Notes: a model not told the origin generated them from the sequence alone. 64,000 nucleotides of DNA from Rhodothermales bacterium (GCA_040904565.1 JBBDTI010000013.1:120268-184267), one strand, 5' to 3'; counted from the first letter of the stretch, positions 8,682 through 18,665 are shown. Made by a program: numbers and translations.

Positions 8682-9374
8682 CTAGGTGTCGAGACCGAAC
8701 GTGAAAGTCAGTTCCGTATGCGCCGCCACGGGCTCGCCGTTCTTGCGCGCGGGGCGAAACATCCATCGTCCGGCAGCAGATAGCGCCGCTTCTTCGAGTC
8801 CGTATCCGAGAACTTCGACGGGCGTCCTTGACGTCCCATCGCCATCGAGCAGGAAGCGCTCGACGATGGTCGATTCTTCCACGCGTCCGTGTTCATCCAC
8901 AAGCACGCGAATGACGAGCTCGGCTCGAATGCGCCGCCGGCGGGCTTCTCGCGTGTATTCCGGCTCTACAAAACGCACGGTTCTCGGCCCGATGGTCGGT
9001 CCGGCTGAAGCAGTCGGAGCGGCACCTTCGCTCCCTTCCGTCTCCGTGGCGTCCTCCCCGGTATCTTCCGTGGGCAGCAGTCCGTCCGAAAAATCCAGAT
9101 CGCCCTCATCCAGCGTCGCGTCGTCGGGGACCAGGACCGGTATCGGAGGCGGGGGAGGAGGCGGTGCTGTTTCCGATTGCCGCGTGGGTTGAATCTCCTC
9201 GATACGGATGGCTTCGGATTCCGACCCCTCATAGACGGGCCGATCGGTGGAGGCGTCGTCCACTACCGGATAAAACTTAACGGCCGTCACGGCAAGCAGG
9301 AGCGCGACCACCGTAGACGCCAGGAGGCGTATTCGGTATCCGGACGTGCTATGGTGTGACCGTGAAAGCTGCAT
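8682..9374 (-). CDS. TonB family energy transducer
   Basis: N-terminal TM, Pro run 'APPPPPPPIP', TonB_C-like 'PEYTREARRRRI..VLVDEHGRV...WMFRPARKNGEPV'. Start uncertain (9374 or 9410). Confidence 0.88.
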   Translation of the reverse strand: MQLSRSHHSTSGYRIRLLASTVVALLLAVTAVKFYPVVDDASTDRPVYEGSESEAIRIEEIQPTRQSETAPPPPPPPIPVLVPDDATLDEGDLDFSDGLLPTEDTGEDATETEGSEGAAPTASAGPTIGPRTVRFVEPEYTREARRRRIRAELVIRVLVDEHGRVEESTIVERFLLDGDGTSRTPVEVLGYGLEEAALSAAGRWMFRPARKNGEPVAAHTELTFTFGLDT

Positions 9375-9700
9375 CGCATCCCAGGTGAGTACATGCCGTA
9401 ATTTCAACACGCGTCGCTTTCGGCGGTTCGGTATTTCGCAGCCGGCCTATCATGTCTGCATTCCCTACGAGGGCTCGGGCGGCACGCCTCGCAATCAAAA
9501 TAGACGTGAAGATCGTTGAGGCTCGCGCTATCATTTCGTATTTTCGGAACCGATCGATCGCGATCAGGTAACGTCATCGGCTTGCAAAAAGTGCAGCAGC
9601 CTTTAAAGCTCGCTATACATTTTTCAGCAAAGAGACCTTGCAGCATCCGGGTTTTTCGGAAAACACGCGTACAGCAGCGGTCGGGCCGGCGCCCGAACCT

Positions 9701-9732
9701 GAGCCTCCCAGTTTTCGGGGAGGCTTTTTTTA
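9701..9732 (+). promoter_or_regulatory. Intrinsic terminator hairpin in the carA leader (putative attenuator)
   Basis: agcctccc-agttttcg-gggaggct stem followed by a T run, about 42 nt before the carA ATG; the upstream gene is divergent. Confidence 0.7.
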
Positions 9733-9773
9733 TATCCGTACATTTGAGAGTCATCCATTAGCGCCGAGACCGA

Positions 9774-10916
9774 ATGACGACGAATAATTCCCCCAAGAAC
9801 ACAAGTCCGTGCAAGCTCGCTCTTGTCGACGGCATCGTTGTGAGCGGCTACAGCATCGGATACAAAGGAGAGACGGGCGGCGAGCTCTGCTTTAATACGA
9901 GCATGACCGGCTATCAGGAAATCATGACGGACCCGTCGTACCACGGGCAGATCATGATGATGACCTACCCCCACATCGGCAACTATGGGGCCATGGACAT
10001 CGACATGGAGGCGAAGCGCCCCATGATCGCCGGATTTGTCGTACGCCAGTTTACGGATCGCTATTCCAACCAGCTCGCCGACGAATCGCTTGATAGCTTC
10101 ATGCGACGGAACAAGCTGGTCGGCATCACCGGAGTCGATACCCGGCGCCTCGTTCGGCACATCCGCTCGAAAGGCGTGATGAACGCCGTGGTGTCGGCCG
10201 TGGATCTGGATGACGCGAGTTTGATAGAAAAGGCCCGGAAGTGGCCCTCCATGGAGGGCCTCGAGCTGGCCTCGCGCGTCACGTCCGACGCGACGACCGA
10301 ATACTGTGTCGGGGACGGCGCGCGCATCGCCGTATACGATTACGGCGTGAAGCTGAACATTCTACGGACGTTCGAGGAGCGTGACTGCTCCGTGCGCATT
10401 TTTCCGGCTTCGACACCCCTCGAAACCGTGCTTGAATGGGATCCGGACGGTCTCTTTTTCTCCAACGGACCCGGCGATCCTCGTGCCATGCCCGCGTCCG
10501 TGGAGACGGCGCGCGCGGCCCTCGATACGGGTATTCCGCTGTTCGGCATTTGCCTCGGACACCAGCTCATGTCTCTGGCGGCGGGATTCGAGGTCTATAA
10601 GATGTTCGTCGGGCACCGGGGCGCGAATCATCCCGTCAAGAACCTCCAGACGGGTCACGTCGAAGTGACGACCCAGAATCACGGGTTCGCCGTCAAAGAG
10701 GAGTCCGTCTCTTCCGAGGATGCCGAGGTGACGCATATGAACCTGAACGACCGGACCGTGGAGGGACTTCGCTTCAGAAAGTACGCCGCCTTCTCCGTAC
10801 AGTATCATCCGGAAGCTTCTCCGGGTCCGCACGACAGCCGCTACCTCTTCGATACATTCCTGAAGGATATCGAGGAGCATCGAGGTGTACCGGTGCGTCG
10901 CAAAGCGACGGCGTGA
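9774..10916 (+). CDS. carA: Carbamoyl-phosphate synthase small subunit
   Basis: 'FNTSMTGYQEI.TDPSY', 'SNGPGDP', 'GICLGHQ', 'QYHPEASPGPHD'. Confidence 0.98.
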   Translation: MTTNNSPKNTSPCKLALVDGIVVSGYSIGYKGETGGELCFNTSMTGYQEIMTDPSYHGQIMMMTYPHIGNYGAMDIDMEAKRPMIAGFVVRQFTDRYSNQLADESLDSFMRRNKLVGITGVDTRRLVRHIRSKGVMNAVVSAVDLDDASLIEKARKWPSMEGLELASRVTSDATTEYCVGDGARIAVYDYGVKLNILRTFEERDCSVRIFPASTPLETVLEWDPDGLFFSNGPGDPRAMPASVETARAALDTGIPLFGICLGHQLMSLAAGFEVYKMFVGHRGANHPVKNLQTGHVEVTTQNHGFAVKEESVSSEDAEVTHMNLNDRTVEGLRFRKYAAFSVQYHPEASPGPHDSRYLFDTFLKDIEEHRGVPVRRKATA

Positions 10917-11008
10917 AAATGCCGTTTGAAACGGTCCCGAGGCCCTTTATCGGGTTCGATCAAGACCTAATCGCCCCTGTATTACGATTCCCTGCATCAC
11001 GATAGAGT

Positions 11009-13837
11009 ATGCCCAAGCGCGAAGATATTCATAAGATTCTGCTGATCGGAAGTGGTCCGATCGTCATCGGTCAGGCCTGCGAGTTCGATTATTCGGGCAG
11101 CCAGGCTTCCCGTGCTCTGCGGGACGAAGGCTACGAGATCATACTCGTCAATTCGAATCCGGCCACGATTATGACCGATCCGCTTACGGCGGATAAGATC
11201 TATCTGATGGATCTTACGCCCGAATCGATCAGGGAGATCGTCGAGAAGGAAGACCCGGACGCCGTCCTGCCGACGATGGGCGGACAGACGGCGCTGAATC
11301 TGGCCAAGGAGATGCAGGACGAGGGCTACTGGGTGGATCGAGGTATCGAAGTCATCGGCGTGGATATCGACGCCATCCAGATCACGGAAGACCGTCAGGC
11401 GTTTCGAGACTTGATGGAACGGATCGGCCTCGACCAGGGGAGAAGTCGCGTCGCGAAGAGTCTGCTGGAAGCAAAGGAGATCACCCAGGAGTTGGGCGGG
11501 CTGCCCGTGGTCATCCGTCCGTCGTATACGCTGGGCGGATCCGGCGGCGGAATCGTCTGGTCGCAGGACGAGTTCGACAAGAAGGTCACGCGCGGCCTCG
11601 AGCTTTCGCCCGTCCACGAGGTGCTCATGGAAGAGTGCCTTTTCGGATGGAAGGAATATGAGCTGGAGCTGCTGCGTGACAAGAACGACAACGTCATCAT
11701 CATCTGTTCGATCGAGAACGTCGATCCGATGGGTGTGCATACGGGAGATTCCGTCACCGTCGCCCCGGTGCAGACGCTGACCGACAAGCAGTATCAGAGA
11801 ATGCGGGATGCGGCCATTAAGGCGATGCGGTCGATCGGCAGCTTTTCAGGCGGCTGCAACATCCAGTTTGCTTTCGACCCGGCCACGGGTCGCATGATCG
11901 TCATCGAGATCAACCCTCGCGTCTCTCGTTCGTCGGCCCTCGCGTCCAAGGCGACGGGGTATCCGATCGCGAAGGTCGCCGCCCGGCTTGCCGTCGGCTT
12001 TACGCTCGACGAGCTGCCGAACGAAATTACCGGGACGACGAGCGCCTGCTTCGAGCCGGCGATCGATTACGTGGTAACGAAGATCCCGAGGTTCAATTTC
12101 GACAAGTTCGAAGGCGTCGATGAGGAGTTGACGACGCAGATGAAAGCCGTAGGTGAAGTGATGGCTATCGGCCGGACCTTCCCTGAGAGCCTTCAGAAAG
12201 CCTGGCAGAGTCTGGAAATCGGCTATCACGGCCTGGGCGCGGACAGGGAAGAGGTGTCCCGCGAAGAGGTGCGGGATCGTCTCAAGAAACCGTACTGGGA
12301 CCGTACGCTGCAGATTCGGAATGCGTTCAAGCTGGGTGCGTCGGTAGAGGAAGTGGCGGATGTGTCCAAATTCGATCCGTGGTTCCTCTACCAGATTCAG
12401 GATATCGTGCGACTGGAGGGTGAGCTCAAGGACCTGACGATTGAGGACGTCGACCGTACGTTGATGCTGCGGGTCAAGCAGTACGGTTTCTCCGACGTGC
12501 AGATCGCGTACCTGCTGGAGGGCGACTATACGGAAATGCAGGTGCGCGACTATCGTAAATCACTGGGTCTCACGCCGTCGTATCGCGTCGTCGATACGTG
12601 CGCGGGTGAGTTCCCCGCGGAGACGCCCTATTATTATTCTACGTACGAGTCGGAGAATGAGAGTGAGGTCACGGATCGAGAGAAAGTGATCATTCTGGGC
12701 AGCGGTCCGAACCGGATCGGGCAGGGGATCGAATTTGATTATTCCTGTGTGCACGGCGTGAACGCGACGCGCGAGATGGGGTACGAAGCCATCATGATCA
12801 ATTGCAACCCGGAGACCGTGTCGACTGACTTTGACGTGGCTGACAAGCTGTACTTCGAGCCGGTCTACTGGGAGCGCGTACTCGACATTATCGAACACGA
12901 GGGAGCGGACGGCGTGATCGTCCAGCTAGGCGGACAGACGGCCCTAAAGATCGCCGAAGATCTGAACGAACACGGTATCAAGATCTTCGGGACGTCCTAT
13001 GAGATGATGGACATGGCCGAGAGCCGCGGGAAGTTTTCCGAGATCTTGAAGGAATTGGAGATACCCTATCCACCGTACGGTATGGCCACGACCGTTCGAG
13101 AAGCGGTCGAGACGGCAGACGGGATTGGTTACCCAACGCTGATTCGTCCCAGCTACGTGCTGGGCGGGCAGGGTATGCGCATCGCCATCAACAGCGAGGA
13201 AGTCGAGCGCTATACGAAGAAGATCTGGAAGCTCTTCCCGGACAATAACGTACTGCTCGACCGCTTTCTGGAAAATGCCATCGAAATGGATGTTGATGCC
13301 ATTCGCGATGGTGAGGAGACCTGGATCGCTGGCCTCATGCAGCATATCGAGCCGGCCGGCGTTCACAGCGGCGATTCTACGGCCGTGCTGCCGCCCTATT
13401 CGTTGTCGGACGCGATCCTCACGACGGTCTCGACGTACGTCCGCGAACTGGGCGACCGGCTCGAAATCATCGGTCTGATGAACGTGCAGCTCGCCATCAA
13501 GGATGGGATCGTCTACTGCATCGAGGTCAATCCCCGCGCGTCACGCACCGTGCCGTTTGTCGCCAAGGCGACAGGAATACCCGTCTCCAATATCGCCACC
13601 AAGGTGATGCTGGGTAGGAAGCTGAAGGAATTCAGAGAAGCCGGCGATCTGGAGTCGAAGCTCGTAGGCTTTGCCATCAAAGAGCCCGTGTTTTCGTGGG
13701 ACAAGTTCCCCGAGGTGCCCAAGGAGCTCGGCCCCGAAATGCGATCCACCGGAGAATCGATCGCCTTCGTCGATACCCTGACCGACAAACACTTCAAGCG
13801 CCCCTATGAAATGAGGAATTTATACCTCTCGAAGTAA
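11009..13837 (+). CDS. carB: Carbamoyl-phosphate synthase large subunit, lacking the C-terminal MGS domain
   Basis: 'GSGPIVIGQACEFDYSG', two ATP-grasp halves, ends shortly after 'GPEMRSTGE'; 942 aa. Confidence 0.98.
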   Translation: MPKREDIHKILLIGSGPIVIGQACEFDYSGSQASRALRDEGYEIILVNSNPATIMTDPLTADKIYLMDLTPESIREIVEKEDPDAVLPTMGGQTALNLAKEMQDEGYWVDRGIEVIGVDIDAIQITEDRQAFRDLMERIGLDQGRSRVAKSLLEAKEITQELGGLPVVIRPSYTLGGSGGGIVWSQDEFDKKVTRGLELSPVHEVLMEECLFGWKEYELELLRDKNDNVIIICSIENVDPMGVHTGDSVTVAPVQTLTDKQYQRMRDAAIKAMRSIGSFSGGCNIQFAFDPATGRMIVIEINPRVSRSSALASKATGYPIAKVAARLAVGFTLDELPNEITGTTSACFEPAIDYVVTKIPRFNFDKFEGVDEELTTQMKAVGEVMAIGRTFPESLQKAWQSLEIGYHGLGADREEVSREEVRDRLKKPYWDRTLQIRNAFKLGASVEEVADVSKFDPWFLYQIQDIVRLEGELKDLTIEDVDRTLMLRVKQYGFSDVQIAYLLEGDYTEMQVRDYRKSLGLTPSYRVVDTCAGEFPAETPYYYSTYESENESEVTDREKVIILGSGPNRIGQGIEFDYSCVHGVNATREMGYEAIMINCNPETVSTDFDVADKLYFEPVYWERVLDIIEHEGADGVIVQLGGQTALKIAEDLNEHGIKIFGTSYEMMDMAESRGKFSEILKELEIPYPPYGMATTVREAVETADGIGYPTLIRPSYVLGGQGMRIAINSEEVERYTKKIWKLFPDNNVLLDRFLENAIEMDVDAIRDGEETWIAGLMQHIEPAGVHSGDSTAVLPPYSLSDAILTTVSTYVRELGDRLEIIGLMNVQLAIKDGIVYCIEVNPRASRTVPFVAKATGIPVSNIATKVMLGRKLKEFREAGDLESKLVGFAIKEPVFSWDKFPEVPKELGPEMRSTGESIAFVDTLTDKHFKRPYEMRNLYLSK

Positions 13838-13965
13838 GCGGGGCGCCGCAGACGAATTCGAGGAGCTCGCGCAGCGAGCGGAGCACATGAGGAATTTATA
13901 CCTCTCGAAGTAAGCGAGGCGCCGCAGACGAATTCGAGGAGCTCGCGCAGCGAGCGGAGCACATG
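13811..13965. repeat. 76-bp tandem duplication covering the carB 3' end (2 copies, 1 mismatch)
   Basis: 13811-13886 equals 13887-13962 except gcggggcg vs gcgaggcg; each unit has the hairpin gctcgc-gca-gcgagc. Confidence 0.95.
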
Positions 13966-13967
13966 CG

Positions 13968-14810
13968 TTACGCCGTGACGGATCCGGCATAGCCGGAAGC
14001 CACGTCGCGGATCAGCACGCCCAGCTTCGGATGCTCCGGCTCGAGGTCAGGCTCGATGCCGTGTTCACGGAGGCCCTCGGAGCAGACCGGCCCGATCGAT
14101 CCGACGAACGCACGATCGTTAAGGGCCTGGCGGAGTGCGTCGGAAACGCCGTCCTCCTCGGCCATCTGCATCAGATGGTCGACCTGTGTACGACTTGTAA
14201 ATAGGGCGATCTGTGCGGTCCCGTCGATGATAACGCGCATTCCTCGGCGCAGCGGGCCCAGATCGTCGGGAAGCGCCCATCGATAGATGGATACCTGCTC
14301 GACGGCGGCACCGCGATCCTCGAGACCCCGTACGAGTTCCTCGTTCTGTGTGCCGTATTCCTGAATGGCGAACTGTTTGCCCCGCAGCGGCTGAAGCTGC
14401 TCTGCGGTGTCGACAAGTTCGAGCAGCTCACGCCATGTGTTCGGTTCGGGTACCTCCAGATCAGCCCGAAGGCCCATCTCACGCAGGGCGCGGACGGGCT
14501 TCGGGCCGCGGGCGAGGAGGACGATGCTGTCGAGCCGATCGACGATCGTTTCCCGCGGATGACGGGTCGCCAGCGTATCGACGAGCATCCGCGTGCCGAC
14601 GCCCGTGAGCAGGACGAGTACCTCCACCTTTTCGCGAAAGAGGCGCTCTCCAAACTTGAAGACGTCGTCGTGACGATCGAGCGGCACCTCCTGCATCGAC
14701 GGGGCGGAGATGCTCGTGCCGCCGCGCTTTTCGATCAGGCGCGACGTCTCGTCCGCCATTCGGCTTTCGAACGATACGACGGTCACACCTTCCAGGGGGA
14801 GATGGGTCAT
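13968..14810 (-). CDS. hemD: Uroporphyrinogen-III synthase
   Basis: 'FESRMA', 'LLTGVG', 'ARGPKP..AL', 'YRWALP', 'FTS..QV', 'SIGPVCS'. Confidence 0.88.
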   Translation of the reverse strand: MTHLPLEGVTVVSFESRMADETSRLIEKRGGTSISAPSMQEVPLDRHDDVFKFGERLFREKVEVLVLLTGVGTRMLVDTLATRHPRETIVDRLDSIVLLARGPKPVRALREMGLRADLEVPEPNTWRELLELVDTAEQLQPLRGKQFAIQEYGTQNEELVRGLEDRGAAVEQVSIYRWALPDDLGPLRRGMRVIIDGTAQIALFTSRTQVDHLMQMAEEDGVSDALRQALNDRAFVGSIGPVCSEGLREHGIEPDLEPEHPKLGVLIRDVASGYAGSVTA

Positions 14811-14867
14811 GTCGCTGGTTTTGTTTGGGGATAGAATCGGTATCTCAGGTCGATATGTGAGCGTCGT

Positions 14868-16199
14868 CTACGCTACCGAAGCGACAGGTATGAAGGCGGT
14901 GGCGGCAGCCAGGACCGTGCCATGGTCACTCATCGAATCGAGTCGGACCGGTTCGACGACTCCGGTTCGCTCGGCGTCGTACGGGGCCTCGACGCGGACG
15001 TAGTTATCCGTGTAACCCAGCATCGATCCGTGCCTGTCGGCATCTTCCCACAGGACGTCGCGCGTATCTCCGAGATGCCGGCGATAGAAGGCCTCCTCCT
15101 TCTTTTTCGAAAGAATGCGCAGCATCTTGCCGCGGCGAGACCGTTCCGGTTTCGGGACGCGTTCACCCCCCATCTTCTCCAGGTTGTCGACCGCCGCCGT
15201 GTCGGGCCGCTCCGAGTAGGTGAATACGTGAAGGTACGTTACGGGGAGGTCGTTGATGAACCGGTAGCCGTTTTCGAAGTGCTCTTTACCTTCTGCGGGA
15301 AACCCCACGATGACGTCGGCGCCGATGCCGGCGTAGGGCATGCGGTCGACGATGCGTGCCACACGGTCCTCATACACGTCTCGCCGATAGCGGCGGCGCA
15401 TGTTGCCGAGCACGTAATCATCCCCACTCTGAAGAGGAAGATGGAAGTGAGGCTGGAACCGGTCCGAGGCGCCCACGAAGTCGATGATCTCGTTCGTGAG
15501 CAGGTTCGGCTCGATGGATGAGATGCGGTAGCGTTCGATACCGTCCACGCGATCGAGACGTCGCAGGAGATCGAGCAGCGTGGCGCCGTGGTCTTCACCG
15601 TACAGACCGATGTTGACCCCGGTAAGTACGATCTCCCTGAATCCACGCTCCGCAATCTCATGGGCCTGCGCGAGGGTTCCTTCTATCGGCTGGGAGCGGC
15701 TTTTTCCACGGGCTAGCGGGATCGTGCAGAAGGCGCACCTGTAGTCGCATCCGTCCTGAATCTTCAAAAAGGCGCGTGTACGATCGTTGGCCGAGAAGGC
15801 GGCGCCGAAGCCGGCGGCATCATCGATGCAGGAAACCGATATCTGCGTCTTCTCCCGCTTGGAGAATTCTTCGACGAGCTGGAAGAGTCTAAACTTCTCG
15901 TCGGAGCCCAGAACGACATCGACGCCGTCGATGTCGGCAAGTTCGTTCGGCCGCAGCTGCGCGTAGCACCCCGTAACGATCACAAATGCATCCGGATTGG
16001 CCCGCAGCGCCCGGCGTATGATGTTGCGGCATTTCCGTTCAGCCTCGTTCGTGACCGTGCACGTATTGACGACCGTGACGTCTGCCGCCTCGCCGAAGGG
16101 CACCACCCCGAAATCCTGCTGCTCGAACGCACGCTCGAGCGTACTGGTCTCGGCGAAATTGAGTTTGCATCCGAGCGTGTAGAACGAAACACGCGGCAT
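14868..16199 (-). CDS. mtaB: tRNA t6A37 methylthiotransferase (radical SAM)
   Basis: 'TLGCKLNFAET', 'NTCTVT', 'RTRAFLKIQDGCDYRCAFC.IP.ARG', 'LTGVNIG'. Confidence 0.95.
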   Translation of the reverse strand: MPRVSFYTLGCKLNFAETSTLERAFEQQDFGVVPFGEAADVTVVNTCTVTNEAERKCRNIIRRALRANPDAFVIVTGCYAQLRPNELADIDGVDVVLGSDEKFRLFQLVEEFSKREKTQISVSCIDDAAGFGAAFSANDRTRAFLKIQDGCDYRCAFCTIPLARGKSRSQPIEGTLAQAHEIAERGFREIVLTGVNIGLYGEDHGATLLDLLRRLDRVDGIERYRISSIEPNLLTNEIIDFVGASDRFQPHFHLPLQSGDDYVLGNMRRRYRRDVYEDRVARIVDRMPYAGIGADVIVGFPAEGKEHFENGYRFINDLPVTYLHVFTYSERPDTAAVDNLEKMGGERVPKPERSRRGKMLRILSKKKEEAFYRRHLGDTRDVLWEDADRHGSMLGYTDNYVRVEAPYDAERTGVVEPVRLDSMSDHGTVLAAATAFIPVASVA

Positions 16200-16320
16200 A
16201 GTGAACGGGTTCTTGACTCCGAATGGCGCGGCTGTGCAACGATGCAGTCGGGTCCGAGTTTCGCCCCATCCGGGCGGAATCGCCGCCCTTTGGCATCAAG
16301 GAAGGAGGTACGAACGCCCT

Positions 16321-17037
16321 GTGTTTGCACGTGAAGGGTACGCGCTAATCGGAGCTGCTGCCGTCATTGCGGCGCTGCTGATCGTCATCGGTCTGCAATT
16401 CTCTGTAGCGTGGCGATACGTGTTTATCACCCTGGGCGCCTTCGTGCTGGCCTTTACCCTGTATTTCTTTCGCGATCCCGGCCGGACGCCGCCGTCGGAG
16501 GCGGAAGACGGTATGCTCGTTCTGGCGCCGGCTGACGGAAAGGTGGTCGTGGTAGCGGAGGACGTCCACGAACCGCTGTACCTGAAGGGGAGGGCTCGAC
16601 AGGTATCCATCTTTCTCTCGCCGCTGAATGTACATGTAAACAGGATACCCACGGATGGGATCGTCGAACACGTCAACTACGTGTCCGGCGACTACCTGGT
16701 GGCCTGGCATCCTAAAGCCAGCGAGATGAACGAGCGCTCGGAAATAGGCGTTCGCCATCCGTCCGGCGCCAGGGTTCTCTTCAAGCAGATAGCCGGTGCC
16801 GTTGCGCGCCGCATCGTCTATCACGTTCAGGAGGGTGATTCGGTACGCGCCGGCGAGCGCTTCGGCATCGTCAAGTTTGGATCGAGAATGGACGTCCTCG
16901 TTCCCCCGCACGTCGAGATCGTCATTGAGGAGGGGGACCGCGTTCGCGCAGGAGAAACTATTATTGGACGCATTCCGGACGTCGCACCTGCGGGTGATGA
17001 ATCGGCGCCAGCACGAGAAGAAATGTCATCCGAATAG
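16321..17037 (+). CDS. psd: Phosphatidylserine decarboxylase proenzyme
   Basis: 'FFRDP.R', 'APADGKV', 'IFLSPLNVHVNR', self-cleavage site 'KFGSRMD'; GGAGG upstream of GTG 16321. Confidence 0.93.
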   Translation: MFAREGYALIGAAAVIAALLIVIGLQFSVAWRYVFITLGAFVLAFTLYFFRDPGRTPPSEAEDGMLVLAPADGKVVVVAEDVHEPLYLKGRARQVSIFLSPLNVHVNRIPTDGIVEHVNYVSGDYLVAWHPKASEMNERSEIGVRHPSGARVLFKQIAGAVARRIVYHVQEGDSVRAGERFGIVKFGSRMDVLVPPHVEIVIEEGDRVRAGETIIGRIPDVAPAGDESAPAREEMSSE

Positions 17038-17904
17038 ATGTCCGATCCGCCACCAGGCGATTCGACGCCTGTGCGTCCCGGCAAGCAGCGCCGCATCCGC
17101 GGGCGACTGGCTGCCTACAGGGCGCGCCGCGCGGAAGGAGGAAAACGCCGCCCGCTACCCCCGGCGGCCGTCCCGTCCTTCTTTACCTTGATGAACCTCT
17201 TTTCGGGGTACCTCTCGGTCGTACAGACCATCGAGGGGCGCTTCGAGTATGCCTGCTGGCTCATCGTACTGGCGGCCTTTTTCGACGTGCTGGACGGCAT
17301 GATGGCACGCCTTACGAACGGAACGAGTCTTTTCGGCATCGAACTCGACTCGCTGTCGGACGTCGTGTCGTTCGGCGTCGCTCCGTCCGTCCTCGTCTAT
17401 GTGTTTGGGCTGCGGGAATTTGGCGCCGTCGGACTGATTGCGTCCTCGCTGCCGGCCATCTGCGGCGCGGTGCGCCTGGCACGCTTCAACGTGGCCTTCG
17501 ACGGCGTGAAGCGCGATTACTTCATCGGGCTTCCGACCCCGGGGATGGCGGTGATCATCGTCGCGATTATCCTCAATTTCAACGACGTGAGCTGGTTCAG
17601 CGAGTATGGGCCCGGCACGTTGTCCATCCTGATACCGCTCGTCATCGGGTTGTCGCTGCTGATGATTTCCACGATGCGGTTCGACGCGATTCCAAAGCCG
17701 TCGGCGGCGTATATCCGAAAACATCCGCGTAAGGCCGCTGCGTACGGGCTGGGTTTGATGCTCGTTATCGTCCTCCAGCAGGTGGGACTTCTGATCGCGT
17801 TGAGCACATACGTACTCATTAACATCATCCTGGCGCTGAATCGCTTGGTACGGCAGCCGCCGGATGAGGACGACTTCGTCGAAGACGACGCGAATAGCTA
17901 CTAA
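17038..17904 (+). CDS. pssA: CDP-diacylglycerol--serine O-phosphatidyltransferase
   Basis: CDP-alcohol phosphotransferase motif 'DVLDGMMAR...G.ELDSLSD.VSFG.AP'; 'RLARFN'; follows psd. Confidence 0.93.
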   Translation: MSDPPPGDSTPVRPGKQRRIRGRLAAYRARRAEGGKRRPLPPAAVPSFFTLMNLFSGYLSVVQTIEGRFEYACWLIVLAAFFDVLDGMMARLTNGTSLFGIELDSLSDVVSFGVAPSVLVYVFGLREFGAVGLIASSLPAICGAVRLARFNVAFDGVKRDYFIGLPTPGMAVIIVAIILNFNDVSWFSEYGPGTLSILIPLVIGLSLLMISTMRFDAIPKPSAAYIRKHPRKAAAYGLGLMLVIVLQQVGLLIALSTYVLINIILALNRLVRQPPDEDDFVEDDANSY

Positions 17905-17986
17905 TCGGCGGCCGGATGCGGCACGCTCCACGGCGATTCTCGTACCATGATTCTCCCTATATCCACGTTTCCCAAACGACACCGCC

Positions 17987-18253
17987 ATGTATAAGGCAAG
18001 CATTCACGTTACGTTGAGGCCGTCCATTCTCGATCCGCAGGGGAAGACGACGCACCATGCGCTGGAAGACCTCGGGTTTCAAAAGGTCGATCGCGTTCGC
18101 ATGGGTAAGTTCATCGAGATGTGGATTGAGGAATCCACGAAGGAGGCCGCGGAGGCGGTCGCGCAACGTGCGTGCGAACAGCTGCTGGCGAATCCTGTAA
18201 TGGAAGACTACGAGATTCGCGTAGAGAAGGCACCGGAACAGGTCGCGACGTAG
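17987..18253 (+). CDS. purS: Phosphoribosylformylglycinamidine synthase subunit PurS
   Basis: 'LDPQG', 'VRMGK', 'LLANPVMEDY'. Confidence 0.95.
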   Translation: MYKASIHVTLRPSILDPQGKTTHHALEDLGFQKVDRVRMGKFIEMWIEESTKEAAEAVAQRACEQLLANPVMEDYEIRVEKAPEQVAT

Positions 18254-18306
18254 CGTCTCGACACGGATCATCTTTCGATCGTATGTGGTGTTGGAGTCTG
18301 TTCAGA

Positions 18307-18651
18307 ATGAATGTGGAACGTAGTAGGTCCATCTGGTACGGAACGGGCCCGAAGTCGCCTTCGCCGGCTTCGCCTGTTCCCGAGACGGACGTCATCGTCG
18401 AAGAGGAAGAGGAGGAGCGGACGGACGATCCATGGCGCGTCATTCTCTATAATGACGAGATTCACACATTCGAGGAGGTTATTGCCCAGATCGTCAAGGC
18501 GACGGGATGTAGCACGGGAAGGGCCGAGAAGCTCGCCTGGCAGGTGCACACGACAGGTAAAGCGGCTGTCTACGAGGGGTCGTTCGAGGAGTGCTTCCAG
18601 GTGCAGGGCGTCCTCCGCGAAATTCAGCTCGTCACCGAAATTGAGGGATAG
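18307..18651 (+). CDS. clpS: ATP-dependent Clp protease adaptor ClpS
   Basis: 'VILYNDEIHTFEEVI', 'VHTTGKAAV'. Start uncertain. Confidence 0.88.
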   Translation: MNVERSRSIWYGTGPKSPSPASPVPETDVIVEEEEEERTDDPWRVILYNDEIHTFEEVIAQIVKATGCSTGRAEKLAWQVHTTGKAAVYEGSFEECFQVQGVLREIQLVTEIEG

Positions 18652-18665
18652 GGTCTCTCGTCCGC

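Noticed and set aside
13811-13965. Possible CRISPR array
   Set aside because: Two contiguous near-identical 76-bp units, no unique spacers, and no cas genes in the window.
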